A DNA stretch of 64,000 bases from Marsupella aquatica (lineage: Eukaryota > Plantae > Marchantiophyta). Shown piece by piece: positions 1-12,868 of this stretch. The stretch is taken from positions 16,767,651-16,831,650 of the forward strand of contig OZ316891.1 in the NCBI GenBank assembly GCA_973895155.1. Direction: 5' to 3'. A model generated the notes under the pieces. It was not told the DNA's origin. It ran no database searches and saw only the letters and a list, made by a program, of their open reading frames with translations. Position numbers and translations under genes: made by a program. The stretch's first letter is position 1. Each line of letters starts with the position of its first letter.

Positions 1-1018
1 GGACCATAAGTAGGAGCAGGTTTGGAGGTCAAAGCATGCAACTCATGTGTGGCATATTCCAGGGCTTGGAAGGAGTCAAGCAATAGGTTGTAGAGTGAGC
101 TATGAACTATAGTTTGGACTTGGTGTGTTAGGAGGACTTGGGGGAGGTATAGTTGGACCCCAGGTCAAGCTTGGTGTGGTGTGAAAGGAGAATAGTATAT
201 AAGGTGGAAGATTTTATTTGTTGAGGACCAGAAGTCTCATTCTTAAGTGTAAGCTCTACCTTGCAAGTTGGGGCTAAGATTGAGAAGGGGAAGGAGGTCC
301 ATGCTTAGTGTGGAGAGTGTGTAGTGACCTTTTATGTAAGGATTGAGTATACAATAAAAGGATTCTTCCAATCTTCATTGTGACCACTAAGTGTGACTAA
401 ATGTGAAGTATTTGAGAGCAAGAGAAGAGTCCATGCTAGGATGCAATCTTGGTCTAATCGTGAAGGGGATGTGCTGGTACACAACCAAGGCCAGGGAGAC
501 AAGGTTAAGGTGGAGCACTACTTTGGGGTTTAGAGAGGATTGTATCTTGAGGGTGGAAAGTACCTTGCTTTGTGTGAGAACCAAGAGGAAGAGTTCTTTG
601 CACAAAGAGTTTTTCTAGAGCTCAAGGGGGTGTGTGGACCCAAACCAAGGCCAGGGGGGAAATGTTAAGGGGTAACACTACCTTGAGGATCTTGAGGGGA
701 CTTAAGCTTGAAGAGAAAAGTACTTGGGGTTTTTGGGTGTTTGTTTAGGGTCTACTCTAAGGTGACAGCTTGGAGTGGATATCCCCCTTGCTAATCCTTG
801 GAGTAGAGGAGAGAGAAAGAGTGGGAGTGCAAAAGTAGTCAAGGTGACTACCTCTCTAGAAGTGGAGAGTTGAAACTACTTGTGTATGGTGTACTTAGAC
901 CTTGCATGCACATTTCAGAAGTTTTGTCAATCCTTTGTGACCCTGGTATGACATGGAGCAAGTATTAGGTAGTTTTTTAGGGGAAAAGATGCTTAAGCTC
1001 CTTGATAAGTGTTTGACA
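1..1018. mobile_element. Probable 3' ends of one or two nested LTRs inserted in the 5' LTR of family A
   Basis: G/A-rich non-coding sequence with LTR-like ends ...ATGACA (953) and ...TTTGACA (1018), after which family-A LTR homology abruptly begins. The left ends and TSDs lie outside the window. Confidence 0.35.
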
Positions 1019-2242
1019 GGGGCAAGCCATCAGTTGGCAAAAGGGTCTGGAGGAAACTGACTCCAGGTCTCAACGGGACACAGCCAAGATTGACACCCTG
1101 AAGGCAGAGGTGGCGCGGCTTCAAGGAGAAGTCACAAAACAGGCCCAGTTGGTGGACAAGCTGACGAGCGACACCCAGCATCTGGAGGAGGCATGCCAGG
1201 AGACCGTGGAAGAGGCAGACGCGGCAAAGCAGGAAAACAAATCTCTGCTGGACCAGGTCCAGCTACTCAAGCCGGACGCCGACAGGCTCAGAAGGCAGTG
1301 GGATAGCCGCTCCCACTCAGGCGGCTCTGGCAAGCGTGCCAGGCATTAGCGGCGGAGTAGGATTAGAGTAGAGCTAGGAATAGCTAAATTAGGCTATAGG
1401 GACAAGCACCTGCCCTAGTTAAAGCAGCACTGCCATGCTGTACAACCTGCATAGATTAGGATCTTCTAATAAGACAAGCCGTTTTCCAGCCTGACAGCCA
1501 GCTTAGTTAGGACCTTAGTTAGTGAATCTTCGGGCGCAAGGGCACTCCGTTCCTAGCCCTTAGTATTTAGTGCACCCCTTGGTAGAGGCAGGAGGAATTT
1601 TTAGTCTCAATGTTGGACATCCGCGGTATGTGCGGGGAGTCCCAACCTCTGGGAGTGAAAGAGTACCAAGGGGAGGGTGTAGGACTAAGCTCGTTGGGCG
1701 AGTGCGGAGCCGGGCTCCGTTGTAGTGTACATCCTCGGCCTCGGACCTGTTCATTCCAGGGCTTTTGGGTCAACTAAGTGTACGCATATGTCTCCTATGT
1801 AGTAAAATCCTTTCCCACTATTTCCTTCGTGTAAATCAAGATTGTATGCTTGTGCGTATGTATATGTGTGAATCTCGTGTATAGGTGCCAACGCTTGGCC
1901 AAAAGCACTACCCAAGTCGTGCACGAGGTGCAGCTTGCGGGTAAGTGGTTGCGAGCCCGGGTTTAGTACCCATACCATCGAATCCGGATCGAAGGCGGAC
2001 AACACGAAGGCTTAGAAGTCTGTAAGCCGGGGTCGATCCTGCTATCGACTGAGGTACGTTTCGGCAACGGAACACAAACCATACCTAAGAGGTGTCCGTA
2101 TATGACAATAGGCGCACTTAGCGCTAGTTTATGTGATTTAGGTGCATTTCGTGTCTCCCTCCCTGCCCAAACCCTCATATTGACAAAGGATGTGCCTGTC
2201 TAAACCGAAGCCCGGGTTAAGGCCTAGGCCGACAACGTGACA
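1019..2242 (+). repeat. 3' part of the 5' LTR of family A
   Basis: Direct repeat of the distal 3' LTR. Ends in CA and includes the C-terminal end of the LTR-encoded coiled-coil ORF (1110-1349). Confidence 0.92.
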
Positions 2243-2255
2243 TAGTCTTTGTTTT

Positions 2256-2273
2256 TGGCGCTAGATGGAGGGG
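2256..2273 (+). promoter_or_regulatory. Primer-binding site, tRNA-Asn-like
   Basis: TGGCGCTAGATGGAGGGG matches the complement of the plant tRNA-Asn 3' end (CCCTCCTTCTAGCG-CCA, recalled) with one mismatch. It starts 13 nt after the LTR end. Confidence 0.7.
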
Positions 2274-3074
2274 GCACTCTACGTGTAGTAGAGGGGAGAC
2301 ATGTGCGGGTGCACTTAGGCAGAATACACCAGGCCCTTGTGAGTTACTAACCATTGCATTTATACGAGTAAATGCCCGTTACTCGTTCTCAAGCAGCTTA
2401 CTTGAGGAGATTGACCATCGAACGAGAGAGTGCAACCCCCACAAGCTCCGACTCTTCAGGTTCAGAGGATTCACAATTGCCTCGACGAATGAACATACCA
2501 CCGGGACCTTCGGGGTCCGTTCCAGCCGGTCCTGCTCCGGTCCCTGCTGCACTGCCACCAGTACCTATGGCGGCCGCCCCACCGATGGCCCGCGCTGTCC
2601 AAGCTCCCCCACAAATATCACAATGGTCGCGGTTCCATTATTGACCTTTCAAAGGGCGTCATGGGGATGATCTGGATGAATGGTTGAATGAGTTTGAAGC
2701 CACTACTAAGGCCAATGGGGAAGACGCCATTAAGCTAACCGTCCTCCCCGAAGTGATGCGGGGAGAAGCTCATCCATGGTACAACTCGCTGCCACCCGGG
2801 ATTACATGGGCACAATTCCAAGTTGCGTTGCTACAAGAGTTTTGCGCCATTGGATCAGAGCAGCGTTCTTTATTAAAAATTGGCTAGCTTCACATGGGAA
2901 AGAAGGAGTCCCTGCGGAAGTTCATTCAGAAGTTTCAGAAACTTGCTGCCAAGATCCGGCCTAGGGCACGTGATGCGCTCCAGCTTACATGGTTCCTCCA
3001 TGGTTTGCCCACGAATATGCAATTTTGGTTGCGCGAGAATAATCCAATTTCAATGCAAGCAGCCATAGCGTGCG

Positions 3075-6000
3075 TGTGATAACATGGTTAAGAAGAAAGG
3101 AATAAAGAAAGTGGAAAAATTAAATTTTTTTGCCTTTGAAGCGGGAAAGAAGAACCTTAAATGCTAAGCAAATCATTATTGAAAGTCTAACAACCATTCA
3201 AGAGATTAAGAGAAGGAAAAGAGGCTCAACCGGAAGAAAGTATTTCTTGGTAAAAAGAAGGAAACCGGACCACAAACCGGAAGCCGTAAAATTGTCTCCG
3301 GACGCTATCAAGAAAATCTAACACCAGGTTCTTGAAGTCGAGGCTACGCTCTTTGTCTTGGGGAAAACCCATAAGCATTGGACTCCTGACAGTGAGCCGG
3401 AATCCCTCTTAAGGCCGAACCGGTTTTTCTCTTCTCACACCTCTCAAAGCTAAACAAAGTAAGTTTTGAGCTCCCGAGTGAATAGGCTTGTCGAAGCAGT
3501 AGAGAAAGGAGGCTCTTCCCTTCCGGTTGAGGATCTTAGGTCCGAATTATAGGACCATTCTAGTTTCTGTGAGAGAAAGGTATAAGAGAGCCTTGATAGA
3601 CTCGTGTGAGGTGGCAGCCTACTCCTACGCTTGGAGGGAAGGCAAGGGATGTGGAGATTTGCACTAAGGCCCCTTGTTTTGATAGTTGTCTACTTCCGGG
3701 GCTTGAGCCGGTTTCTGAACCGGAACTGAACCGGTGGAAAACCGGTTTCTGCTATATCTCGCTTGCTGGACGTTCATTTTCGCTGAAAGTGTGCTGAGAT
3801 GGAGAAGGTTGGTTGATATACGCGACGGAGTAATTATAGAGGCTATATTCACTTCTAGATCCTACCTTTTGCCTTCACCGGTTCAAATCTGTTTGCTACT
3901 CCAACTACCAGGCAGTATGAAGAGTGCCAAGAGCAGTCCTTCTTCCAAGACTCAGAGTGGGACTCCAGTAAAGCCTGAAGTACGACGTTCAAAGAGGAAG
4001 GAGGCTTAGATCACCATGAAGCCCTTGAGACCCCTCATTCCTATTGATGCAGCTGAGAAGGAACAGCTCCGAAAAGATCTTACACTAAGTGGCTGTGCCT
4101 CCTTGATGGATCTTACTTGGGGATTTCTGAGTGAAGACATGGTAAGGGAAGTGCTGGCAGGAGTTCCTCCCACAGAATTTCAGAAGACTGCACGAGCTCG
4201 ACCAGAAGCTTGGACCAAGGCATTCGTTGGAGAAGCTTTTCAGTTACCAGTGAAAGGGAGTGGCTTCTGCCCCAGAGGAGAGAATCTCACAGTGGAATAC
4301 TTTGGTGGCAAGATGGATGCCAAAGAAGGATGGACCATCAACCAGTGTACTCACAAGGACCTCAGGAACGTGATGACATTCCTAGTCCCCCTCATCTATC
4401 CAGAGAAACCAAGGAGGGTGATTCTTAAAGTAGGAAGTACTATCATTGCTTCCTTCTTCAAAACCAGAGAGGTATCATGGGCTACTATCTTCTCAAGTGT
4501 TCTAGAGAAGCAGGTCTCCGCCCTGTCCAACAGAGCCCCCACTGCTCTCTCCTGTTACTTGGTACATCTATACTCTCATGACCAAACCTTATTCAAACAT
4601 GAGAAGAGTGCATTTGGCACCAAGAGCAGCTATGTGAAATATGGAGTCTTGGATCCAGAAATTCAGAGCTTACCAGAGTCTGAAGATGACCCAGAGCCGG
4701 AAGAGATCGACTTTCTAGGGCCAACCAGGAAGAGGAAGCTCGACAAAACTGAACCGGCTTCTGATCCGGCTTCTGAACCGGTTTCTGACCCGGTTTCCTA
4801 CCCGATGAGTGGCGCTACTACCTCTTCAGCCGGTCTTTTGCACTCTACCGTACACCATTTTTCTTGTTTATTCAAGGATCTTTCGGCCATCAAGACCAAG
4901 ATGGGAATCATGGAACCAGTGCTCTCAAGGCTCTCCCAGGTGACTGGTGTGGCTCCTGCTGACCTTGTGAAGAAAGTGGAGGACCTGATGAAAGGAGATG
5001 AGAACAAGGTCAAGATTGAGCAGCTAGAGAAATCATTAGAGGAAGAGAAGAAGAAGAACTATCATCTTGAACAGTTGCTGCAGAAGGCAAAGGAGAAGAC
5101 CACAACGGAGCAACTACTCTTCGATAACATTTCTAGAGCTATGGATCACCTGGAACCCTTAGTAGAAACCAAGGGAGAGGACCTGGTACAGACCCAACTA
5201 TTCAGGCAGTACTTCATTGATGTTCCCAATCCCCTTCTCATGCCCTTAGTCATCCAGATTGCACATGACTATGGTGACAAGGTGGAAGAATGCCTCTCTG
5301 CCCTCAAGCTTATCCTTGCTGAACTAAAGAAATTCTATGACCTTTCTGATGAGGAGCAGACTCAATTTGCAGAGAAAGTCACTGTTCCATCTCCACAGGT
5401 GACACCAGCAGAAGGATGGGCTGACTCTCCTGATCCTGATATCACTTCTACCACAATTACACCCAATTTTCCACCCATTCCAACCTCACCATTTACTACT
5501 ACCTTTGGAGGTGTCACTTTCATGCCAAACCCTCTCAACTCCATTGATACAGCAGTAGACTCCACATCGATGAAGCCTGACACTTCAACTCCTGAAGAGT
5601 AAAAAGTTATTCCATCCGGAAGTTGAACCGGCTTCCCATCCGGTTTCCCACCCGGTTTTTGATCCGGTTTCGTGTTTGAAGCCCTATAAAACTTAGTATA
5701 GGAAGAATTAGACTTTGAATTTTTGCTGAGCACTTTATCTCATAGTCTAGTTTCAGACTTTAGCATTACTTTTTACTTTTACACTTAGGTTAAGAATTGA
5801 AGAGGCATACCTCTTCAACTTTTGTTTAGAGGAGACTTGTCCCTAAGTATAAGAGGGAAAGTTTCCACCATTTTACTCAGACTTGCATTTCACTTGTGAA
5901 AGTCTCCTTCTTTGAAGAGAAGTAATAGATTCATAATTTTGGTGATCTATGCTTTGTGTTTGGACATTAGTGTGTGACCATTCTTGCTAGAAAATCTATG

Positions 6001-6701
6001 GAAAGTGACTAGCAATGTCATAGTTAACCTTTAGGCTGACTGGAAATGCATGCCTGAGACCATGCAAAGGTCTAAAGATTCATGTTGACTATGGAATACT
6101 TATGGCTTATTAAGTATTAGTGGAAGAAGCACCATACGAGAACTCACAAATTGCGTAGTCCTAAAAGAGCAATCTAAAGGATTGAATAGAAGAATAAGTT
6201 AGTTCGGAGTAATCAGTACCACCTTTGCCTTGACATAGGTCTGAAAGTTAATACGGGCTATCTTATATACATCTTTTACAAATTCTTAGATGGTTGGCTT
6301 TAAGGATTAGCTTTAGGCATGAGCCTAATTTAGTCAGACTCTCTGTTGACTCTTAATCGTGCCTAACTTAGTCATAGATTGCTAAGTGGCGAGAGGAGAT
6401 GAGACATTTAAGGCTCGCCTAATTCTATCTTTACGCCTCCGGCTTTTGGTTATTTTGTTATAGTTTTAGAATTAATTATTGCACTGTTGATGATGCAAAC
6501 ATCACAATACCTGAGGATGTATTAAAAACTCCTTCCACCTGACCTAAGCATGTCGGTAAAGGCTTAAAATCTGAGATAGGTTAGCTTAACTATCTCAAAG
6601 TATATTAATACAATCTTTTAGGTTTCACAAGCTCTTAACGGGAACGAATTCTGGTTGTTTAAGAGAAAAGTAGTTCATATTTCCTTAAACCCTACTCTAT
6701 A
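3075..6701 (+). mobile_element. Solo LTR-like element, family D (3627 bp), containing a 528-aa ORF
   Basis: 5-bp TSD GTGCG (3070-3074 and 6702-6706). Starts TGTGATA, like families A and B (TGTGA). Ends CTCTATA (CA probably mutated). No gag/pol inside. Confidence 0.75.
4016..5602 (+). CDS. LTR-encoded accessory protein (plant-transposon extra-ORF-like domain plus coiled coil)
   Basis: Uninterrupted 528-aa ORF. N-terminal motifs (GCASLMDLTW, MVREVL, AFQLP, EGWTINQC, WATIF) parallel those in the family A and B LTR ORFs. Heptad-rich C-terminal half. Confidence 0.75.
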   Translation: MKPLRPLIPIDAAEKEQLRKDLTLSGCASLMDLTWGFLSEDMVREVLAGVPPTEFQKTARARPEAWTKAFVGEAFQLPVKGSGFCPRGENLTVEYFGGKMDAKEGWTINQCTHKDLRNVMTFLVPLIYPEKPRRVILKVGSTIIASFFKTREVSWATIFSSVLEKQVSALSNRAPTALSCYLVHLYSHDQTLFKHEKSAFGTKSSYVKYGVLDPEIQSLPESEDDPEPEEIDFLGPTRKRKLDKTEPASDPASEPVSDPVSYPMSGATTSSAGLLHSTVHHFSCLFKDLSAIKTKMGIMEPVLSRLSQVTGVAPADLVKKVEDLMKGDENKVKIEQLEKSLEEEKKKNYHLEQLLQKAKEKTTTEQLLFDNISRAMDHLEPLVETKGEDLVQTQLFRQYFIDVPNPLLMPLVIQIAHDYGDKVEECLSALKLILAELKKFYDLSDEEQTQFAEKVTVPSPQVTPAEGWADSPDPDITSTTITPNFPPIPTSPFTTTFGGVTFMPNPLNSIDTAVDSTSMKPDTSTPEE

Positions 6702-8171
6702 GTGCGCCGAAACCTACCGGGAGTCCACCTATAACTCCCGGTGAAGCCAGCGGGCACGCCGCAAGAAGGGCAAGTACGAAACCTTCATAGTGACTCCGAA
6801 TCAGACGACGAGAAGAAGAAGAAACGCAAGAAGAAGAAGAAACATCGTTTGACCTCGTCCAGTTTGGAGATAGAATCTAGTTCGGATTCGACTTCAACCA
6901 GCGGATCCTCCACTTCTAGCTCATCAGGAAGTGATTCGGAGAGCGAGAGTCGGGACAAAAAGAAGAAGAGGCGGGTTAAGAAGGAGGGAAAAATCAAGCC
7001 CCGTGTTCGAAGAACGATACCTGATCCAAAGGCCGCCGAAGCAGACAAGCTTAACAAAATCACGGATCGTCTCAAAGCACTGTCGGTACATCTCGCGGAA
7101 AAGCCTATGGAGAAGAAGAAGCCACCCGAGACCCGAGCACATGCGTGGTGTTCAAAGTGTTTCCAATCCGGGCATGTAGTGCAGGAATGCCCAAGATGGA
7201 AGAACCGAGTCCACCAGGTGGAATTAGATGATGTTGACAACCCGAGACCTGAATCGGAGTCCACAATGTATTTCTTTGAAGATCCCCCTGATTCGGTGTA
7301 TCATATTTCAACGGTGGGTCCGCGTAACTTAGCAGGTAGAACTGCATACCCCTACCCAAACAATGGCAGAAGTTTCCAAGTTATCGGTAACCCAAGCATT
7401 CCTCCTAAGCCAGGCATTTGGCGATCCCCGGTTTGTTACAACTGTGAGAAGCCAGGCCACTTTGCAAGGGAATGCACCAAACCAAGACGCCAGGGGGATC
7501 GCCGAGGCACACCACTATGTCAAGTTTTCAAAATGGAAGCTCACTCCACGGCCAACTGTCCATTGGTAATAGCCGCTCGAACAAACGTAGCAAGACGTAG
7601 TTGTCCAAATGATTGCTGTGGAATGGCAAGATGACAACACCGAGTGGGTAAATCTGGTGGACGTGGCGGAGCACCCTAATCCATCGGACGAGGCTGAGTG
7701 CTACCGAGTGTCAACAAGAGCCAAGCGAAAGGAAGAGAAACAGGAAGAAAACGCAGGAAAAAGCAAGATACTACTCCAGTGCAGCTAGCGATAGATATAC
7801 CCCCGGAGAAGGACGATGATTACCGTCGGGACGACCCAAAGCTATTTTATCCCCGCATCAAAGAATTGGTAAAGAAACAATTGGAGGCCTATGAAGCTCG
7901 GGAATACCAAAAAGCAATCGATAAGGACATCAAAGCTGCCGAGGCCGCCCAGCGACAGGAGCAAGAAAAGCAGGAGGAGGAAGCCAAGCAACAGCCGAAG
8001 GAAGAAAAGAAGGAGGACTATGATATTAAGGAAGACATGAAGAGTTGCCCAATTACGGCAACGGTAGGGCAATTGCTGCAGAACAATCCACAGTATCAAC
8101 GGCAACTGAGGGAGTTGCTTACGGGTCGTTGACAGAGGCGACTACCTCGAGTTGGGATCGCGGACTGCAAC

Positions 8172-11100
8172 ATGATATGCAAAGACCTAGGAGCGCCGGA
8201 CATCTTGATTGAGATCAATAATTGTACCATCAAGATGGTTCTCATAGACGGAGGAGCGGGAGTCAACATCATGACTGAGGAAACATCAGTCAGGTTAGGA
8301 TACCTCACGTATCAACCCACAGCCCGAGCTATCAGATTAGCAAACGGGGCAAGGATCCTTCCATTGGGCACGCTCACTCGGGTGCTCACTCTTGTAGGAG
8401 GGGTGGAGTTCTATCTCAACTTCCTAGTCATGAGGCCGGTTCGGCCCTCCTCTTATCCGGTCCTCCTGGGCAGACTGTGGCCGAGTAGTCACAGATTGGG
8501 GAAAAAAGGAGCTACGGTTTGGGACACCCACAGTACGAGTATCTTGGGCACTGGATGATTATCAGGGTGAAACCCCAAAAGGACCCAAGGAATAGATTTG
8601 GAGACCTCGGAGGAAGAGGAGCTCAATATGATTGAACTCATTTCATCCCTGTCCGAGGAAGTTGTCTTCGGAGTAGAGGCAACCCGGGAAACACATCTCC
8701 TGAATTACCCGAAGGTTGCTATTGAGTCCACCCCGAGCACCTCTACCGCCCAGACCGATGAAACGCAAAAACGATCCATCAATACGGAGGACACAGCTCC
8801 AGCTAAGCAGGGAGCCGATGCTGCTTCTACCAGTGCAGAGCCTAGTGACCACGAACCGGCCAAAAAACTGCCCGAGGCCAAAAACCCAAGGCCGAGACAT
8901 AAGAAACGAGTCTCCTAGGACCCGTCCATCCCGCAATTGGAGAAATTAACCCCAAATTCAAAACCGATCCTGGTTCCACCCATGTACGGAGGAGTTCGGT
9001 TAGCTAAGCTGGATGCGAGCCTGGACCCGAGCTTGCGGAACCAGGTGGAAGTCATAAGAAAGGAGTACTACCGGAAGTACACCATTGGTATGGATAAGTC
9101 TTTTAACCTGGGCCATGCTCTAACGGGAGGCAGAAAAATCTATCCAAGCACTGCTCAAGGAATATGAAGATGTGTTTGCATGGAGCCATCACGATTTGAC
9201 GGGACTCTCCCCCGAGTTGGGAGAACACACGATCAATTTGAACTTGGGGGCCCATGCAGTATGGCAGCGACAACGTCGCATGAACCCGAGGTACTCCATC
9301 TTAGTGAAGGAGGAAATCGATCATCTCCTCACCGCAGATATCATCTACCCGGTAATGGCCAGCGACTGGGTTTCTCCCATTGTCATTGTACCAAAGAAGG
9401 GAGGTATGGACGGAAAACCTAAGATTTGGATCTATCAGGACTATCATAAGCTGAACGACGCAACCTGGAAAGACCATTACCCGTTACCATTCACAAAATA
9501 TGGTTCTCGATATGGTAGCCCGAAACAAAATTTATACATTCCTTGACAGGTATTCGGATTATAATCAAATCTGGATCCGCCTCTCGGATCAGCTCAAAAC
9601 AACGTTCACTACGGAATGGGGGACGTTCGCATTTTGGAGGATGCCGTTCGGGCTATGTAACGCCCCAACCATGTTTCAGCGACTCATGATGAATATCTTC
9701 CACGATTTTCTACGGGAATTTCTGGAAATATTTATCGACGACTTCGCCATCTTTGGAACCATCGCCATGCACCCCAAACATCTATGACGTACACTACAAC
9801 GATGCCGAGAGGTTAACCTCAAGCTACATCCCGCCAAATGTTTTTTTGGGGTAGAAGAGGGAGTGTTACTCGGACATCGTGTGTCCAAACGGGGTATCGA
9901 GGTGGACCAAGAGAAGGTCGCGGCTTGGATGGCGGTGGTGTTTCCCATAGATCGAAAAGCGGTACGATCCTTCTTGGGCTGTGTAGGGTACTATTGTCGG
10001 TTCATTAAAGATTTTGCTAAAATTGTGTTGCCCTTAACCGAGATGATGAAGAAGGACGCGGTGATCGAGGAGACACCTAGGAGATGGATTGCTTTCGAAG
10101 AACTCCGTAAATGACTCACCACCGCACCTATCATGGTCACCCCGGACTGGAATAAGGAGTTCCATGTGTATGTCGATGTGTTAGGATTCTGTATCGGATC
10201 CGTGCTCAGTTGATGGCTAGCAAAGTAGATGGGGTGGTCATGTCCATCCTCATCAAGCTGACTGAGCATGATAATCTACTCATGTAAGAAGTTCCGGCAC
10301 TATCTGCTTGGCTACAAGGTCATATTCCACACGGATCATGATAGCCTGAAGTACATGGTCAACAAAGCGGATGTGACAGGACGGATAGCCCGGTGGGTGC
10401 TACTTCTCCAGGAATTTAACTATGAAGTTTGGGTTTGGCCAGGAAAGGCACATCTCAACGCCGACTTCTTTTCAAGGTTGGACGGCGTACCAGTCGATCA
10501 GCCAATTAATGATTCTTTTTGAGACGAGGAGTTATTCCACGTAGGGGCGGGAACGCCTACGTGGTACGGCTCAATAATCACCTTCCTCTTAACAGGCCGC
10601 ATCCCCGATGGCATCAATCAGGAGGCCGCCGCTGTGTTTTTATGAAAGGCCGGGCCATACGTCATGATACAGGGCCACCTACACAAGGAAGGAGTTAATG
10701 GGAAGCTACGACGTTGCTTAGAGTACAAGGAGACGCTTATCGTTATGCGGGCCTTGCATGAAGAAGAAGCTGGAGGCCATTTTGCGGCTATCACGACAGC
10801 CCGAAAGATTCTAGATTCAGGGTATTGGTGGCCTACGTTGCATCGGGACATACAACATTTCATCAAGGGCTATGACCTGTGTCAGCGGGCTGGGGCCTCA
10901 AGACAATCTCATCATCACCCTCTCACGTCCGTGCTTCCCTTGGCACCTTTCAAAAAGTGGGGTATTGATTATATCGGACCGTTCACTCCCGTTACCCGAC
11001 GACAAAGATGCAGGTACATACTGCTAGCTATAGATTACTCCACCAAATGGGTTGAAGCACGGGCTACGGTAAAGGACAACGCTGCAACCACCGCCAGGTT

Positions 11101-11820
11101 CTTATACGAGCAAATCTTCACCCGGTTTGGGCCGCCCTTGGAGTTAGTAAGCGACCATGGAACACACTTCCTCAATGATATCGTGGCCCAGCTTACGGAG
11201 CATTACCTAGTCAAGCACCGCAAGACTACCCCGTATCATCCTAAAGCCAACGGGCTAACAGAGAGAGCCAATCGCATCATCGGGAAGATCCTCAACAAGA
11301 TAGTAGCCGCGCACAAAACGGATTGGGATGACAAGTTGTACGCAACGGTGTATTTGTAGAATCTGGCTTACAAGACTACTACGAGTCACAACCCGTACTT
11401 TCTCGTGTTCGGCCAACATTTGTTGGTGCTCGTTGAGTTTGAAGTCCACACTCCCCGGGTAAGCATTCGGGATCGCTTACTCGAAGCTGAAAGTTTGTCG
11501 GACAGAGCTTATCAGATTGAAGCATTAGAAGAAGCACGGCTATTGGCAGCTCAACAGTCGTCAAGCAGTAGGTAGCTTCCAAGAAGTAGCACGACAAAAG
11601 ACTACAGAAGGTCGACGTCGTGACAGGTGACCTAGTCCTGCTGTACGATAGTAGGTACATGCAGTTTCCGGGGAAGCTTCATACCCGTTGGCTAGGGCCT
11701 TTCCTAGTCAATCAGATCTACCCTAATGGATCTTTGGAACTCGCAATGTACGCTGGCAATTTACTACCCACGCGAGTCAGTTACGATCGTGTGAAGAAGT
11801 ACCACCATCAAGACGATGAC
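8172..11820 (+). pseudogene. pol: pol of family A (aspartic protease, RT, RNase H, integrase) with stops and frameshifts
   Basis: LIDGGAGVN protease; WVSPIVIVPKK, RMPFGLCNAP and FIDD in RT; RNase H with KKFRHYLLG; integrase zinc-binding GGHF, WGIDYIGPF, SDHGTHF, YHPKANGLTER and WLGPF. Confidence 0.95.
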
Positions 11821-11855
11821 GCCGAGAGTGATGTTCATGAGGACGCTTCACAATT

Positions 11856-11868
11856 AAGCAGGGAGCTA
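11856..11868 (+). promoter_or_regulatory. Polypurine tract of family A
   Basis: AAGCAGGGAGCTA lies immediately before the TG start of the 3' LTR. Confidence 0.65.
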
Positions 11869-12868
11869 TGTGATGCCGCCGGTACGGCGGGTAATGAGTA
11901 ATTTGATCTAACCGCGCTTAGCACGTGCGTTAGGGGTATCTTAGGCCGTTATTATTAGCATAACGACAGTATTTAGGTAGCCATTTATGAGTAGGAAATC
12001 ATTAGTCAATAAGGGGAATTCATGTTCGGGCTGGCAGCGTGTCGCCATTCGCACGCTCGGGTTGAGAGCGTGTAATGGGCCCTTTTTCCCCCTCCCTCGG
12101 GTCCGTATAACAAACTCTGGGAGGCGGCCACTGACACAAGATGACCTGGACTAGCGAAGGGGCCGGTACACTGCAAGTGTGAAAGGCTCGGCCTATAAGC
12201 GACGAGGAAGCGTCGGGCGATCGATGAGCTCTCAAGGTATAAAAGGGGGGTCGATCCTTTGCAGTGCACCAACTATCCAGTCCACGCGCCAGCTTCGATC
12301 CCAGCTCTCTCGCTTTTCCTTAGTCACCTGCTATCTCCTCTGAATGTTGCACACGATCCTTTCCAGTTCGGCCATACCATTCTGGACTCAGTTCCTGTCT
12401 ATCGAAGGGCACTTGGCCGACTCGTTGAAACACGCCAACCCGTGCTGATATGAGATCAAACGCAAATACGAGAGAGCCATCCGCCTAGCAAGCCGCCACC
12501 ACTATCTCCTTAACTTTGAGTACCCATCCCAGAGTGAGCTTTACCGACCCGAAGAGTACTTCTTTGACGAAGGCAAATACATCGGCTTCTGGGAGGCATT
12601 GCTTTGGCTTCCGGACGAGGTCTTAAATATTCCGAGCATGATCGACTTGCAGCAGCACCACTTTGACCACATCTCTGCTCGGGTACGGGCTATCATCAAT
12701 CGCGCTACCACCACCTGACCGAGAGGAAGGAGAGATGTCCGCTTTTTCTAGTCACCCCGGTAATCAGTCTCGCAGTAGGAAGAGAAAGAAGCCCGCAGCC
12801 GTATCCAGGTTGCCTTTGGCCACGATTGCGGTAGCCAAGCTGACCATGCATTGCATGGGGGACAATGT

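Larger units (their letters stand above)
2372..8132 (+). pseudogene. gag: gag of family A, frameshifted and split by solo LTR D
   Basis: Retrotransposon capsid-like motifs (FKGRHGDDLDEWLNEFE, MRGEAHPWY, TWAQF). Reading resumes across the D insertion (AAIAC/AETY). Zinc knuckles CSKCFQSGHVVQEC and CYNCEKPGHFAREC. Confidence 0.85.
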
